A stretch of DNA of 64,000 nt from Felis catus (taxonomy: Eukaryota). Shown piece after piece: positions 47,372-59,360 of this stretch. The DNA is taken from contig NW_025408521.1 of the NCBI RefSeq assembly GCF_018350175.1, positions 124,001 through 188,000 of the forward strand, in the 5' to 3' direction. The position numbers and the translations under genes were made by a program. A model generated the notes under the pieces. It did not search any database. It saw only the letters and a list, made by a program, of their open reading frames with translations, and was not told the origin of the DNA. Positions within the stretch are counted from its first letter, which is position 1, and each line of letters begins with the position of its first letter.

Positions 47372-50300
47372 GGGGCACTTCCCATTTTGTGTCCCCAATC
47401 CCTCCCACCTTTCTGGGGAGTTTCTGAGCTGAGAACCCAGTGTCTGGAGACTGTTTCTGGTTCTGTGACCCCTTTATCTCAGGTACAGGGAACGGCTCCA
47501 GCCATGGTGAGCCATGGGAATGACTCAGGGCCTGGAGGCCGGGGCTCGTAGCAGGTGTTTGGGTTTCTGGGTCTCGTATCCCTCGGTCCTAACCCGGGAG
47601 TTTCGGAGCTGAGAGGAAGGGTTTGTTGGCTTTTCAGGATTCAGGCATATGCCTCCTAGGGATTTTGTGCTTGCTGCATAGCCGCTGGAGGGGGCTGCAT
47701 GGCATTCTGTGTCTCCCACTTGTCCATCCTTCCCCGTAAGTTTCTTAGCTGAGACCCCCTGTTCTGGAGGCTGTGTGGGAAACACTGACCCGTTTCTGTG
47801 GGGTACAGGGAGAGGCTTCAGCCCTGATGAGCCATGGTAAGATACAGCCCTGGGCGTGGAGGCCCCGAGTGAGCAGGAGCACAACCCATTTTGTGCAACC
47901 TATCCCTCCGAACTTCCCCGAGGGTTTCTGAGCAGGGAACCCAGAGCTTGGCGGGTGTCTTTATTGGTGTGAGCCCATCTTTCAGGTACAGGAACGGCTT
48001 CAGGCATAGTGAGCCATAGCGAGCAGCCCCGGGCGTGGAGGCCCGGGGCGAGCAGCCCCGGGCGTGGAGGCCCGGGGCGAGCAGCCCCGGGCGTGGAGGC
48101 CCGGGGCGAGCAGGCCCGGGCGTGGAGGCCCGGGGCGAGCAGGCCCGGGCGTGGAGGCCCGGGGCGAGCAGGCCCGGGCGTGGAGGCCCGGGGCGAGCAG
48201 GCCCGGGCGTGGAGGCCCGGGGCGAGCAGGCCCGGGCGTGGAGGCCCGGGGCGAGCAGGCCCGGGCGTGGAGGCCCGGGGCGAGCAGCCCCGGGCGTGGA
48301 GGCCCGGGGCGAGCAGCCCCGGGCCTGGAGGCCCGGGGCGAGCAGCCCCGGGCGTGGAGGCCCGGGGCGAGCAGCCCCGGGCCTGGAGGCCCGGGGCGAG
48401 CAGCCCCGGGCCTGGAGGCCCGGGGCGAGCAGCCCCGGGCCTGGAGGCCCGGGGCGAGCAGCCCCGGGCCTGGAGGCCCGGGGCGAGCAGCCCCGGGCGT
48501 GGAGGCCCGGGGCGAGCAGCCCCGGGCGTGGAGGCCCGGGGCGAGCAGCCCCGGGCGTGGAGGCCCGGGGCGAGCAGCCCCGGGCCTGGCGGCCCGGGGC
48601 GAGCAGCCCCGGGCCTGGCGGCCCGGGGCGAGCGGGGCACTTCCCATTTTGTGTCCCCAATCCCTCCCACCTTTCTGGGGAGTTTCTGAGCTGAGAACCC
48701 AGTGTCTGGAGACTGTTTCTGGTTCTGTGACCCCTTTATCTCAGGTACAGGGAACGGCTCCAGCCATGGTGAGCCATGGGAATGACTCAGGGCCTGGAGG
48801 CCGGGGCTCGTAGCAGGTGTTTGGGATTCTGGGTCTCGTATCCCTCGGTCCTAACCCGGGAGTTTCGGAGCTGAGAGGAAGGGTTTGTTGGCTTTTCAGG
48901 ATTCAGGCATATGCCTCCTTGGGTTTTTGGGCTTGTTGCATAGCCCCCGGAGGGGCTGCATTGGATTCTGGGTCTCCCACTTCTCCATCCTTCCCCGTGA
49001 GTTTCTTAGTTGAGACCCCCTGGTCTGGAGGCTGTGTGGGAAACACTGACCCGTTTCTGTCGGGTACTGGGAGAGGCTTCAGCCCTGATGAGCCATGGTA
49101 AGATACAGCCCCGGGCGTGGAGGCCTGGGGCGAGTGGAGCACTATCCATTTTGTGCATCCTATCCCTCCGAACTTCCCCGGGAGATTCTGAGCAAGGAAC
49201 CCAGAGCCTGGCGGGTGTTTGTGTTTGTGTGAGCCCATCTTTCAGGTACAGGAACGGCTTCAGGCACAGTGAGCCATAGCGAGCAGCCCTGGACGTGGAG
49301 GCCCGGGGCGAGCAGCCCCGGGCGTGGAGGCCCGGGGCGAGCAGCCCCGGGCGTGGAGGCCCGGGGCGAGCAGCCCCGGGCGTGGAGGCCCGGGGCGAGC
49401 AGCCCCGGGCGTGGAGGCCCGGGGCGAGCAGCCCCGGGCGTGGAGGCCCGGGGCGAGCAGCCCCGGGCGTGGAGGCCCGGGGCGAGCAGCCCCGGGCGTG
49501 GAGGCCCGGGGCGAGCAGCCCCGGGCGTGGAGGCCCGGGGCCAGCAGCCCCGGGCGTGGAGGCCCGGGGCCAGCAGCCCCGGGCCTGGAGGCCCGGGGCG
49601 AGCGGGGCACTTCCTATTTTGTGTCCCCAAACCCTCGGACCTTTCTGGGGAGTTCTGAGCTGAGACCCCTGTGTCTGGAGCCTGTTTCTGGTTCTGTGAC
49701 CCCTTTATCTCAGGTATAGGGAAAGGCTCCAGCCATGGTGAGCCATGGTAACGACTCAGGGCCTGGAGGCCGGGGCTCGTAGCAGGTGTTTGGGATTCTG
49801 GGTCTCGCATCTCTCGGTCCTATCCCGGGAGTTTCGGAGCTGAGAGGAAGGGTTTGTTGGCTTTTCAGGATTCAGGCATATGCCTCCTTGGGTTTTTGGG
49901 CTTGTTGCATAGCCCCCGGAGGGGCTGCATTGGATTCTGGGTCTCCCACTTCTCCATCCTTCCCCGTGAGTTTCTTAGTTGAGACCCCCTGGTCTGGAGG
50001 CTGTGTGGGAAACACTGACCCGTTTCTGTCGGGTACTGGGAGAGGCTTCAGCCCTGATGAGCCATGGTAAGATACAGCCCCGGGCGTGGAGGCCTGGGGC
50101 GAGTGGAGCACTATCCATTTTGTGCATCCTATCCCTCCGAACTTCCCCGGGAGATTCTGAGCAAGGAACCCAGAGCCTGGCAGGTGTTTGTGTTTGTGTG
50201 AGCCCATCTTTCAGGTACAGGAACGGCTTCAGGCACAGTGAGCCATCGCGAGCAGCCCCGGGCGTGGAGGCCCGGGGCGAGCAGCCCCGGGCGTGGAGGC

Positions 50301-53274
50301 CCGGGGCGAGCAGCCCCGGGCGTGGAGGCCCGGGGCGAGCAGCCCCGGGCGTGGAGGCCCGGGGCGAGCAGCCCCGGGCGTGGAGGCCCGGGGCGAGCAG
50401 CCCCGGGCGTGGAGGCCCGGGGCGAGCAGCCCCGGGCCTGGAGGCCCGGGGCCAGCAGCCCCGGGCGTGGAGGCCCGGGGCCAGCAGCCCCGGGCGTGGA
50501 GGCCCGGGGCCAGCAGCCCCGGGCCTGGAGGCCCGGGGCCAGCAGCCCCGGGCCTGGAGGCCCGGGGCCAGCAGCCCCGGGCCTGGAGGCCCGGGGCCAG
50601 CAGCCCCGGGCCTGGAGGCCCGGGGCCAGCAGCCCCGGGCCTGGAGGCCCGGGGCCAGCAGCCCCGGGCCTGGAGGCCCGGGGCCAGCGGGGCACTTCCT
50701 ATTTTGTGTCCCCAAACCCTCGGACCTTTCTGGGGAGTTTCTGAGCTGAGACCCCTGTGTCTGGAGCCTGTTTCTGGTTCTGTGACCCCTTTATCTCAGG
50801 TATAGGGAAAGGCTCCAGCCATGGTGAGCCATGGTAACGACTCAGGGCCTGGAGGCCGGGGCTCGTAGCAGGTGTTTGGGATTCTGGGTCTCGCATCTCT
50901 CGGTCCTATCCCGGGAGTTTCGGAGCTGAGAGGAAGGGTTTGTTGGCTTTTCAGGATTCAGGCATATGCCTCCTTGGGTTTTTGGGCTTGTTGCATAGCC
51001 CCCGGAGGGGCTGCATTGGATTCTGGGTCTCCCACTTCTCCATCCTTCCCCGTGAGTTTCTTAGTTGAGACCCCCTGGTCTGGAGGCTGTGTGGGAAACA
51101 CTGACCCGTTTCTGTCGGGTACTGGGAGAGGCTTCAGCCCTGATGAGCCATGGTAAGATACAGCCCCGGGCGTGGAGGCCTGGGGCGAGTGGAGCACTAT
51201 CCATTCTGTGCATCCTATCCCTCCGAACTTCCCCGGGAGATTCTGAGCAAGGAACCCAGAGCCTGGCGGGTGTTTGTGTTTGTGTGAGCCCATCTTTCAG
51301 GTACAGGAACGGCTTCAGGCACAGTGAGCCATAGCGAGCAGCCCCGGGCGTGGAGGCCTGGGGCGAGTGGAGCACTATCCATTCTGTGCATCCTATCCCT
51401 CCGAACTTCCCCGGGAGATTCTGAGCAAGGAACCCAGAGCCTGGCGGGTGTTTGTGTTTGTGTGAGCCCATCTTTCAGGTACAGGAACGGCTTCAGGCAC
51501 AGTGAGCCATCGCGAGCAGCCCCGGGCGTGGAGGCCCGGGGCGAGCAGCCCCGGGCGTGGAGGCCCGGGGCGAGCAGCCCCGGGCGTGGAGGCCCGGGGC
51601 GAGCAGCCCCGGGCGTGGAGGCCCGGGGCCAGCAGCCCCGGGCGTGGAGGCCCGGGGCCAGCAGCCCCGGGCGTGGAGGCCCGGGGCCAGCAGCCCCGGG
51701 CCTGGAGGCCCGGGGCCAGCAGCCCCGGGCGCGGAGGCCCGGGGCCAGCAGCCCCGGGCGCGGAGGCCCGGGGCGAGCAGCCCCGGGCGCGGAGGCCCGG
51801 GGCGAGCAGCCCCGGGCGCGGAGGCCCGGGGCCAGCAGCCCCGGGCGCGGAGGCCCGGGGCCAGCAGCCCCGGGCGCGGAGGCCCGGGGCCAGCAGCCCC
51901 GGGCCTGGAGGCCCGGGGCCAGCAGCCCCGGGCCTGGAGGCCCGGGGCGAGCGGGGCACTTCCTATTTTGTGTCCCCAAACCCTCGGACCTTTCTGGGGA
52001 GTTTCTGAGCTGAGACCCCTGTGTCTGGAGCCTGTTTCTGGTTCTGTGACCCCTTTATCTCAGGTATAGGGAAAGGCTCCAGCCATGGTGAGCCATGGTA
52101 ACGACTCAGGGCCTGGAGGCCGGGGCTCGTAGCAGGTGTTTGGGATTCTGGGTCTCGCATCTCTCGGTCCTAACCCGGGAGTTTCGGAGCTGAGAGGAAG
52201 GGTTTGTTGGCTTTTCAGGATTCAGGCATATGCCTCCTTGGGTTTTTGGGCTTGTTGCATAGCCCCCGGAGGGGCTGCATTGGATTCTGGGTCTCCCACT
52301 TCTCCATCCTTCCCCGTGAGTTTCTTAGTTGAGACCCCCTGGTCTGGAGGCTGTGTGGGAAACACTGACCCGTTTCTGTCGGGTACTGGGAGAGGCTTCA
52401 GCCCTGATGAGCCATGGTAAGATACAGCCCCGGGCGTGGAGGCCTGGGGCGAGTGGAGCACTATCCATTCTGTGCATCCTGTCCCTCCGAACTTCCCCGG
52501 GAGATTCTGAGCAAGGAACCCAGAGCCTGGCGGGTGTTTGTGTTTGTGTGAGCCCATCTTTCAGGTACAGGAACGGCTTCAGGCACAGTGAGCCATAGCG
52601 AGCAGCCCCGGGCGTGGAGGCCTGGGGCGAGTGGAGCACTATCCATTCTGTGCATCCTATCCCTCCGAACTTCCCCGGGAGATTCTGAGCAAGGAACCCA
52701 GAGCCTGGCGGGTGTTTGTGTTTGTGTGAGCCCATCTTTCAGGTACAGGAACGGCTTCAGGCACAGTGAGCCATCGCGAGCAGCCCCGGGCGTGGAGGCC
52801 CGGGGCGAGCAGCCCCGGGCGTGGGGGCCCGGGGCGAGCAGCCCCGGGCGTGGGGGCCCGGGGCGAGCAGCCCCGGGCGTGGGGGCCCGGGGCGAGCAGC
52901 CCCGGGCGTGGGGGCCCGGGGCGAGCAGCCCCGGGCGTGGGGGCCCGGGGCGAGCAGCCCCGGGCGTGGAGGCCCGGGGCGAGCAGCCCCGGGCGTGGGG
53001 GCCCGGGGCGAGCAGCCCCGGGCGTGGGGGCCCGGGGCGAGCAGCCCCGGGCCTGGAGGCCCGGGGCGAGCAGCCCCGGGCCTGGAGGCCCGGGGCGAGC
53101 AGCCCCGGGCCTGGAGGCCCGGGGCGAGCAGCCCCGGGCCTGGAGGCCCGGGGCGAGCAGCCCCGGGCCTGGAGGCCCGGGGCGAGCAGCCCCGGGCCTG
53201 GAGGCCCGGGGCGAGCAGCCCCGGGCCTGGAGGCCCGGGGCGAGCAGCCCCGGGCCTGGAGGCCCGGGGCGAGC
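47372..53274 (-). repeat. 5-unit higher-order repeat copy (5903 bp)
   Basis: Matches 34785-40629 unit by unit at an offset of 12,587 bp (one unit is offset by 29 bp less). Confidence 0.88.
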
Positions 53275-56200
53275 GGGGCACTTCCCATTTTGGGTCCCCA
53301 ATCCCTCCCACCTTTCTGGGGAGTTTCTGAGCTGAGAACCCAGTGTCTGGAGACTGTTTCTGGTTCTGTGACCCCTTTATCTCAGGTACAGGGAACGGCT
53401 CCAGCCATGGTGAGCCATGGGAATGACTCAGGGCCTGGAGGCCGGGGCTCGTAGCAGGTGTTTGGGATTCTGGGTCTCGTATCCCTCGGTCCTAACCCGG
53501 GAGTTTCGGAGCTGAGAGGAAGGGTTTGTTGGCTTTTCAGGATTCAGGCATATGCCTCCTAGGGATTTTGTGCTTGCTGCATAGCCGCTGGAGGGGGCTG
53601 CATGGCATTCTGTGTCTCCCACTTGTCCATCCTTCCCCGTAAGTTTCTTAGCTGAGACCCCCTGTTCTGGAGGCTGTGTGGGAAACACTGACCCGTTTCT
53701 GTGGGGTACAGGGAGAGGCTTCAGCCCTGATGAGCCATGGTAAGATACAGCCCTGGGCGTGGAGGCCCCGAGTGAGCAGGAGCACAACCCATTTTGTGCA
53801 ACCTATCCCTCCGAACTTCCCCGAGGGTTTCTGAGCAGGGAACCCAGAGCTTGGCGGGTGTCTTTATTGGTGTGAGCCCATCTTTCAGGTACAGGAACGG
53901 CTTCAGGCATAGTGAGCCATAGCGAGCAGCCCCGGGCGTGGAGGCCCGGGGCGAGCAGCCCCGGGCGTGGAGGCCCGGGGCGAGCAGCCCCGGGCGTGGA
54001 GGCCCGGGGCGAGCAGCCCCGGGCGTGGAGGCCCGGGGCGAGCAGGCCCGGGCGTGGAGGCCCGGGGCGAGCAGGCCCGGGCGTGGAGGCCCGGGGCGAG
54101 CAGGCCCGGGCGTGGAGGCCCGGGGCGAGCAGGCCCGGGCGTGGAGGCCCGGGGCGAGCAGGCCCGGGCGTGGAGGCCCGGGGCGAGCAGGCCCGGGCGT
54201 GGAGGCCCGGGGCGAGCAGCCCCGGGCGTGGAGGCCCGGGGCGAGCAGCCCCGGGCCTGGAGGCCCGGGGCGAGCAGCCCCGGGCCTGGAGGCCCGGGGC
54301 GAGCAGCCCCGGGCCTGGAGGCCCGGGGCGAGCAGCCCCGGGCCTGGAGGCCCGGGGCGAGCAGCCCCGGGCGTGGAGGCCCGGGGCGAGCAGCCCCGGG
54401 CGTGGAGGCCCGGGGCGAGCAGCCCCGGGCGTGGAGGCCCGGGGCGAGCAGCCCCGGGCGTGGAGGCCCGGGGCGAGCAGCCCCGGGCGTGGAGGCCCGG
54501 GGCGAGCAGCCCCGGGCGTGGAGGCCCGGGGCGAGCAGCCCCGGGCGTGGAGGCCCGGGGCGAGCAGCCCCGGGCCTGGAGGCCCGGGGCGAGCAGCCCC
54601 GGGCGTGGAGGCCCGGGGCGAGCAGCCCCGGGCCTGGAGGCCCGGGGCGAGCAGCCCCGGGCGTGGAGGCCCGGGGCGAGCAGCCCCGGGCGTGGAGGCC
54701 CGGGGCGAGCAGCCCCGGGCGTGGAGGCCCGGGGCGAGCAGCCCCGGGCCTGGAGGCCCGGGGCGAGCAGCCCCGGGCCTGGAGGCCCGGGGCGAGCAGC
54801 CCCGGGCCTGGAGGCCCGGGGCGAGCAGCCCCGGGCGTGGAGGCCCGGGGCGAGCAGCCCCGGGCGTGGAGGCCCGGGGCGAGCAGCCCCGGGCGTGGAG
54901 GCCCGGGGCGAGCAGCCCCGGGCGTGGAGGCCCGGGGCGAGCAGCCCCGGGCGTGGAGGCCCGGGGCGAGCAGCCCCGGGCCTGGAGGCCCGGGGCGAGC
55001 AGCCCCGGGCCTGGAGGCCCGGGGCGAGCTCGCCCCGGGCCTGGAGGCCCGGGGCGAGCAGCCCCGGGCCTGGAGGCCCGGGGCGAGCAGCCCCGGGCCT
55101 GGAGGCCCGGGGCGAGCAGCCCCGGGCCTGGAGGCCCGGGGCGAGCAGCCCCGGGCCTGGAGGCCCGGGGCGAGCGGGGCACTTCCCATTTTGTGTCCCC
55201 AATCCCTCCCACCTTTCTGGGGAGTTTCTGAGCTGAGAACCCAGTGTCTGGAGACTGTTTCTGGTTCTGTGACCCCTTTATCTCAGGTACAGGGAACGGC
55301 TCCAGCCATGGTGAGCCATGGGAACGACTCAGGGCCTGGAGGCCGGGGCTCGTAGCAGGTGTTTGGGATTCTGGGTCTCGTATCCCTCGGTCCTAACCCG
55401 GGAGTTTCGGAGCTGAGAGGAAGGGTTTGTTGGCTTTTCAGGATTCAGGCATATGCCTCCTTGGGTTTTTGGGCTTGTTGCATAGCCCCCGGAGGGGCTG
55501 CATTGGATTCTGGGTCTCCCACTTCTCCATCCTTCCCCGTGAGTTTCTTAGTTGAGACCCCCTGGTCTGGAGGCTGTGTGGGAAACACTGACCCGTTTCT
55601 GTCGGGTACTGGGAGAGGCTTCAGCCCTGATGAGCCATGGTAAGATACAGCCCCGGGCGTGGAGGCCTGGGGCGAGTGGAGCACTATCCATTTTGTGCAT
55701 CCTATCCCTCCGAACTTCCCCGGGAGATTCTGAGCAAGGAACCCAGAGCCTGGCGGGTGTTTGTGTTTGTGTGAGCCCATCTTTCAGGTACAGGAACGGC
55801 TTCAGGCACAGTGAGCCATAGCGAGCAGCCCCGGACGTGGAGGCCCGGGGCGAGCAGCCCCGGGCGTGGAGGCCCGGGGCGAGCAGCCCCGGGCGTGGAG
55901 GCCCGGGGCGAGCAGCCCCGGGCGTGGAGGCCCGGGGCGAGCAGCCCCGGGCGTGGAGGCCCGGGGCGAGCAGCCCCGGGCGTGGAGGCCCGGGGCGAGC
56001 AGCCCCGGGCGTGGAGGCCCGGGGCGAGCAGCCCCGGGCGTGGAGGCCCGGGGCCAGCAGCCCCGGGCGTGGAGGCCCGGGGCCAGCAGCCCCGGGCCTG
56101 GAGGCCCGGGGCCAGCAGCCCCGGGCCTGGAGGCCCGGGGCCAGCAGCCCCGGGCCTGGAGGCCCGGGGCCAGCAGCCCCGGGCCTGGAGGCCCGGGGCG

Positions 56201-59200
56201 AGCGGGGCACTTCCTATTTTGTGTCCCCAAACCCTCGGACCTTTCTGGGGAGTTTCTGAGCTGAGACCCCTGTGTCTGGAGCCTGTTTCTGGTTCTGTGA
56301 CCCCTTTATCTCAGGTATAGGGAAAGGCTCCAGCCATGGTGAGCCATGGTAACGACTCAGGGCCTGGAGGCCGGGGCTCGTAGCAGGTGTTTGGGATTCT
56401 GGGTCTCGCATCTCTCGGTCCTATCCCGGGAGTTTCGGAGCTGAGAGGAAGGGTTTGTTGGCTTTTCAGGATTCAGGCATATGCCTCCTTGGGTTTTTGG
56501 GCTTGTTGCATAGCCCCCGGAGGGGCTGCATTGGATTCTGGGTCTCCCACTTCTCCATCCTTCCCCGTGAGTTTCTTAGTTGAGACCCCCTGGTCTGGAG
56601 GCTGTGTGGGAAACACTGACCCGTTTCTGTCGGGTACTGGGAGAGGCTTCAGCCCTGATGAGCCATGGTAAGATACAGCCCCGGGCGTGGAGGCCTGGGG
56701 CGAGTGGAGCACTATCCATTTTGTGCATCCTATCCCTCCGAACTTCCCCGGGAGATTCTGAGCAAGGAACCCAGAGCCTGGCAGGTGTTTGTGTTTGTGT
56801 GAGCCCATCTTTCAGGTACAGGAACGGCTTCAGGCACAGTGAGCCATCGCGAGCAGCCCCGGGCGTGGAGGCCCGGGGCGAGCAGCCCCGGGCGTGGAGG
56901 CCCGGGGCGAGCAGCCCCGGGCGTGGAGGCCCGGGGCGAGCAGCCCCGGGCGTGGAGGCCCGGGGCGAGCAGCCCCGGGCGTGGAGGCCCGGGGCCAGCA
57001 GCCCCGGGCGTGGAGGCCCGGGGCCAGCAGCCCCGGGCGTGGAGGCCCGGGGCCAGCAGCCCCGGGCCTGGAGGCCCGGGGCCAGCAGCCCCGGGCCTGG
57101 AGGCCCGGGGCCAGCAGCCCAGGGCCTGGAGGCCCGGGGCCAGCAGCCCCGGGCCTGGAGGCCCGGGGCCAGCAGCCCCGGGCCTGGAGGCCCGGGGCGA
57201 GCGGGGCACTTCCTATTTTGTGTCCCCAAACCCTCGGACCTTTCTGGGGAGTTTCTGAGCTGAGACCCCTGTGTCTGGAGCCTGTTTCTGGTTCTGTGAC
57301 CCCTTTATCTCAGGTACAGGGAAAGGCTCCAGCCATGGTGAGCCATGGTAACGACTCAGGGCCTGGAGGCCGGGGCTCGTAGCAGGTGTTTGGGATTCTG
57401 GGTCTCGCATCTCTCGGTCCTAACCCGGGAGTTTCGGAGCTGAGAGGAAGGGTTTGTTGGCTTTTCAGGATTCAGGCATATGCCTCCTTGGGTTTTTGGG
57501 CTTGTTGCATAGCCCCCGGAGGGGCTGCATTGGATTCTGGGTCTCCCACTTCTCCATCCTTCCCCGTGAGTTTCTTAGTTGAGACCCCCTGGTCTGGAGG
57601 CTGTGTGGGAAACACTGACCCGTTTCTGTCGGGTACTGGGAGAGGCTTCAGCCCTGATGAGCCATGGTAAGATACAGCCCCGGGCGTGGAGGCCTGGGGC
57701 GAGTGGAGCACTATCCATTCTGTGCATCCTATCCCTCCGAACTTCCCCGGGAGATTCTGAGCAAGGAACCCAGAGCCTGGCGGGTGTTTGTGTTTGTGTG
57801 AGCCCATCTTTCAGGTACAGGAACGGCTTCAGGCACAGTGAGCCATAGCGAGCAGCCCCGGGCGTGGAGGCCCGGGGCGAGTGGAGCACTATCCATTCTG
57901 TGCATCCTATCCCTCCGAACTTCCCCGGGAGATTCTGAGCAAGGAACCCAGAGCCTGGCGGGTGTTTGTGTTTGTGTGAGCCCATCTTTCAGGTACAGGA
58001 ACGGCTTCAGGCACAGTGAGCCATCGCGAGCAGCCCCGGGCGTGGAGGCCCGGGGCGAGCAGCCCCGGGCGTGGAGGCCCGGGGCGAGCAGCCCCGGGCG
58101 TGGAGGCCCGGGGCCAGCAGCCCCGGGCGTGGAGGCCCGGGGCCAGCAGCCCCGGGCGTGGAGGCCCGGGGCCAGCAGCCCCGGGCGTGGAGGCCCGGGG
58201 CCAGCAGCCCCGGGCCTGGAGGCCCGGGGCCAGCAGCCCCGGGCGCGGAGGCCCGGGGCGAGCAGCCCCGGGCGCGGAGGCCAGGGGCGAGCAGCCCCGG
58301 GCGCGGAGGCCCGGGGCGAGCAGCCCCGGGCGCGGAGGCCCGGGGCCAGCAGCCCCGGGCGCGGAGGCCCGGGGCCAGCAGCCCCGGGCCTGGAGGCCCG
58401 GGGCCAGCAGCCCCGGGCCTGGAGGCCCGGGGCCAGCAGCCCCGGGCCTGGAGGCCCGGGGCGAGCGGGGCACTTCCTATTTTGTGTCCCCAAACCCTCG
58501 GACCTTTCTGGGGAGTTTCTGAGCTGAGACCCCTGTGTCTGGAGCCTGTTTCTGGTTCTGTGACCCCTTTATCTCAGGTACAGGGAAAGGCTCCAGCCAT
58601 GGTGAGCCATGGTAACGACTCAGGGCCTGGAGGCCGGGGCTCGTAGCAGGTGTTTGGGATTCTGGGTCTCGCATCTCTCGGTCCTAACCCGGGAGTTTCG
58701 GAGCTGAGAGGAAGGGTTTGTTGGCTTTTCAGGATTCAGGCATATGCCTCCTTGGGTTTTTGTGCTTGTTGCATAGCCCCCGGAGGGGCTGCATTGGATT
58801 CTGGGTCTCCCACTTCTCCATCCTTCCCCGTGAGTTTCTTAGTTGAGACCCCCTGGTCTGGAGGCTGTGTGGGAAACACTGACCCGTTTCTGTCGGGTAC
58901 TGGGAGAGGCTTCAGCCCTGATGAGCCATGGTAAGATACAGCCCCGGGCGTGGAGGCCTGGGGCGAGTGGAGCACTATCCATTCTGTGCATCCTGTCCCT
59001 CCGAACTTCCCCGGGAGATTCTGAGCAAGGAACCCAGAGCCTGGCGGGTGTTTGTGTTTGTGTGAGCCCATCTTTCAGGTACAGGAACGGCTTCAGGCAC
59101 AGTGAGCCATAGCGAGCAGCCCCGGGCGTGGAGGCCTGGGGCGAGTGGAGCACTATCCATTCTGTGCATCCTATCCCTCCGAACTTCCCCGGGAGATTCT

Positions 59201-59360
59201 GAGCAAGGAACCCAGAGCCTGGCGGGTGTTTGTGTTTGTGTGAGCCCATCTTTCAGGTACAGGAACGGCTTCAGGCACAGTGAGCCATCGCGAGCAGCCC
59301 CGGGCGTGGAGGCCCGGGGCGAGCAGCCCCGGGCGTGGAGGCCCGGGGCGAGCAGCCCCG
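53275..59360 (-). repeat. 5-unit higher-order repeat copy (~6.1 kb), ending at the edge of the homogeneous array
   Basis: Same unit order as the other copies. The last tract degenerates at ~59,361. Confidence 0.85.

Larger units (their letters stand above)
1..59360. repeat. Compound GC-rich satellite array: unit = ~651-bp spacer + (29 bp)n, about 48 recognisable units
   Basis: Spacer 3827-4477 recurs almost identically. Measured periods of 1289, 1202, 1057 and 854 bp all equal 651 + 29n (n = 22, 19, 14, 7). Confidence 0.98.
16959..59360 (-). repeat. Right arm of the compound satellite (reverse orientation), 36 units with variant-rich tracts
   Basis: Spacers read GGGGCACTTCC(T/C)ATTTT...GTGAGCCAT(A/C)GCGAGC. 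Tracts read GAGCAGCCCCGGGC(C/G)TGGAGGCCCGGGGC, with roughly 6-58 copies each. Confidence 0.97.

Noticed and set aside
1..59360. CpG island promoter, rDNA spacer, or 5S/tRNA/snRNA tandem cluster
   Set aside because: The CpG density comes from the repeat itself, and I see no recognisable RNA gene sequence in the spacer.
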